Shown in pieces: positions 7,867 through 9,032 of a stretch of 9,032 bases of DNA. The stretch lies in NCBI RefSeq assembly GCF_006345805.1, contig NW_021828244.1, forward strand, positions 1 to 9,032. The letters are read 5' to 3'. The position numbers were made by a program, and so were the translations under genes. This DNA is from Octopus sinensis (taxonomy: Eukaryota). Position 1 is the first letter of the stretch; every line of letters begins with the position of its first letter. Below the pieces are notes generated by a model. It ran no database searches. It saw nothing but the letters and a program-made list of their open reading frames with translations, and was not told the origin of the DNA.

Positions 7867-8100
7867 GGCGGCGAACTGGCAGAAACGTTAGCACGCCGGG
7901 CGAAATGCGTAGCCGTATTTCGTCTGCCGTTACGTTCTGAGTTCAAATTCCACCAAGGTCGACTTTGCCTTTCATCCTTTCGGGGTCGATAAATTATGTA
8001 CCAGTTACGCACTGGGGTCGATGTAATCGACTTAATCCGTTTGTCTGTCCTTGTTTAGCCCGTCTATGTTTAGACCCTTGTGGACAATATAAAAAATAAG
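7867..8100 (+). mobile_element. Full-length SINE family A, tail type I
   Basis: Highly similar reverse complement of 6882-7113, with Pol III A and B boxes and an A-rich end. Confidence 0.93.
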
Positions 8101-8254
8101 AAACCTCAGCACGCCGGGCGAAATACTTAGCGGTATTTGCCTTTCATCCTTTCGGGGTCGATAATTATAGAACCAGTTGCGTCCTGGAGTCGATCTAATC
8201 GACTGGCCCCCTCTCCCAAAATTTCGGACCTTGTGGCTAGAGTAGGAAACAAAA
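8099..8254 (+). mobile_element. Second SINE A monomer, internally deleted, tail type II
   Basis: AGCACGCCGGGCGAAATACTTAGCGGTATTT joins directly to GCCTTTCATCC, so the B-box segment is absent. Tail CCCCCTCTCCCAAAATTTCGGACCTTGTG. Confidence 0.9.
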
Positions 8255-8510
8255 ATTTTCTCATATAATATTTTCCCTTGCTTGGTTGCACATAGCATCT
8301 AACACGACACCTGAAAATTATTAGCTGTCATGAGCATATTCTAATTGTAATAGACTTGTATCCAAGCGAGACGAACATCTATTGCACTGACTCACAAAGC
8401 GCTGGTATCTGCGGAAGTTTAGTGGATTGCAGAAAACGTGGTTGCGCAACTGAAACAACATTAAACTACATTCACCAACTATATGTCATAAAAAATATAT
8501 ACACACTGTA

Positions 8511-8943
8511 GCGTAGGAGTGGCTGTGTGGTAAGTAGTTTGCTTACCAACCACATTGTTCCAGGTTCAGTCCCACTGCGTGGCACCTTGGGCAAGTGCCT
8601 TCTACTATAGCCTCGGGCTGACCAAAGCCTTGTGAGTGGATTTGGTAGACGGAAACTGAAAGAAGCCCGTTGTGTATATATAATATATATATATATATGT
8701 ATTATGTATGTATGTATGTATATATATGTGTGCGTGTGTTTGTCCCCCCCCCATAATCGCTTGACAACCGATGCTGGTGTGTTTATGTCCCAGTAACTTA
8801 GCGGTTCGGCAAAAGAGACCGATAGAATAAGTACTAGGCTTACAAAGAATAAGCCCTGGAGTCGATTTGCTCGACTAAAGGTGGTGCTCCAGCATGACCA
8901 CAGTTAAATTACTGAAAGAAATAAAAGAATAACAGAATAAAAA
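8511..8943 (+). mobile_element. tRNA-derived CORE-type SINE family B, full length
   Basis: A box TGGCTGTGTGG (8520-8530), B box GGTTCAGTCCC (8563-8573), CORE-like ACCTTGGGCAAGT, internal (TA)/(TG) tract at ~8671-8738, and an (AATAAAAG)-like tail. No TSD found. Confidence 0.88.
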
Positions 8944-9032
8944 GGACCGTTAGCAAACTTCCGCGACACAGTTAAAAGTTTAATTCACTGTCCCCTTATA
9001 TATATCAAGTCACGAATTTTGTTTTGAGTAGA

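Noticed and set aside
7496-8298. Several ORFs on both strands
   Set aside because: Dinucleotide-repeat and SINE translations.
8511-8585. tRNA gene
   Set aside because: Has A and B boxes but continues into a SINE body without a convincing cloverleaf.

Overview
Eukaryotic, AT-rich, almost entirely repeat-derived DNA; the repeat vocabulary looks like an Octopus genome (my recognition, not a database result). No intact gene is present. From left to right: a non-autonomous Helitron (247-644); two short repeats that each carry a minimal hammerhead ribozyme on the minus strand (893-927, 1095-1140); a decayed R4/Dong-clade non-LTR retrotransposon (RT + restriction-like endonuclease, minus strand, ~1553-4386) flanked on both sides by (TAA)n; an unclassified ~465-bp element; a third, core-variant hammerhead (5733-5768); a possible 100-nt host exon; several copies of a tRNA-derived SINE, including a trimer inside a perfect 17-bp TSD and a heterodimer in inverted orientation; a CORE-type SINE; and many microsatellites. 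The most interesting signal is three distinct minimal hammerhead motifs within 5 kb, in short non-coding mobile repeats.
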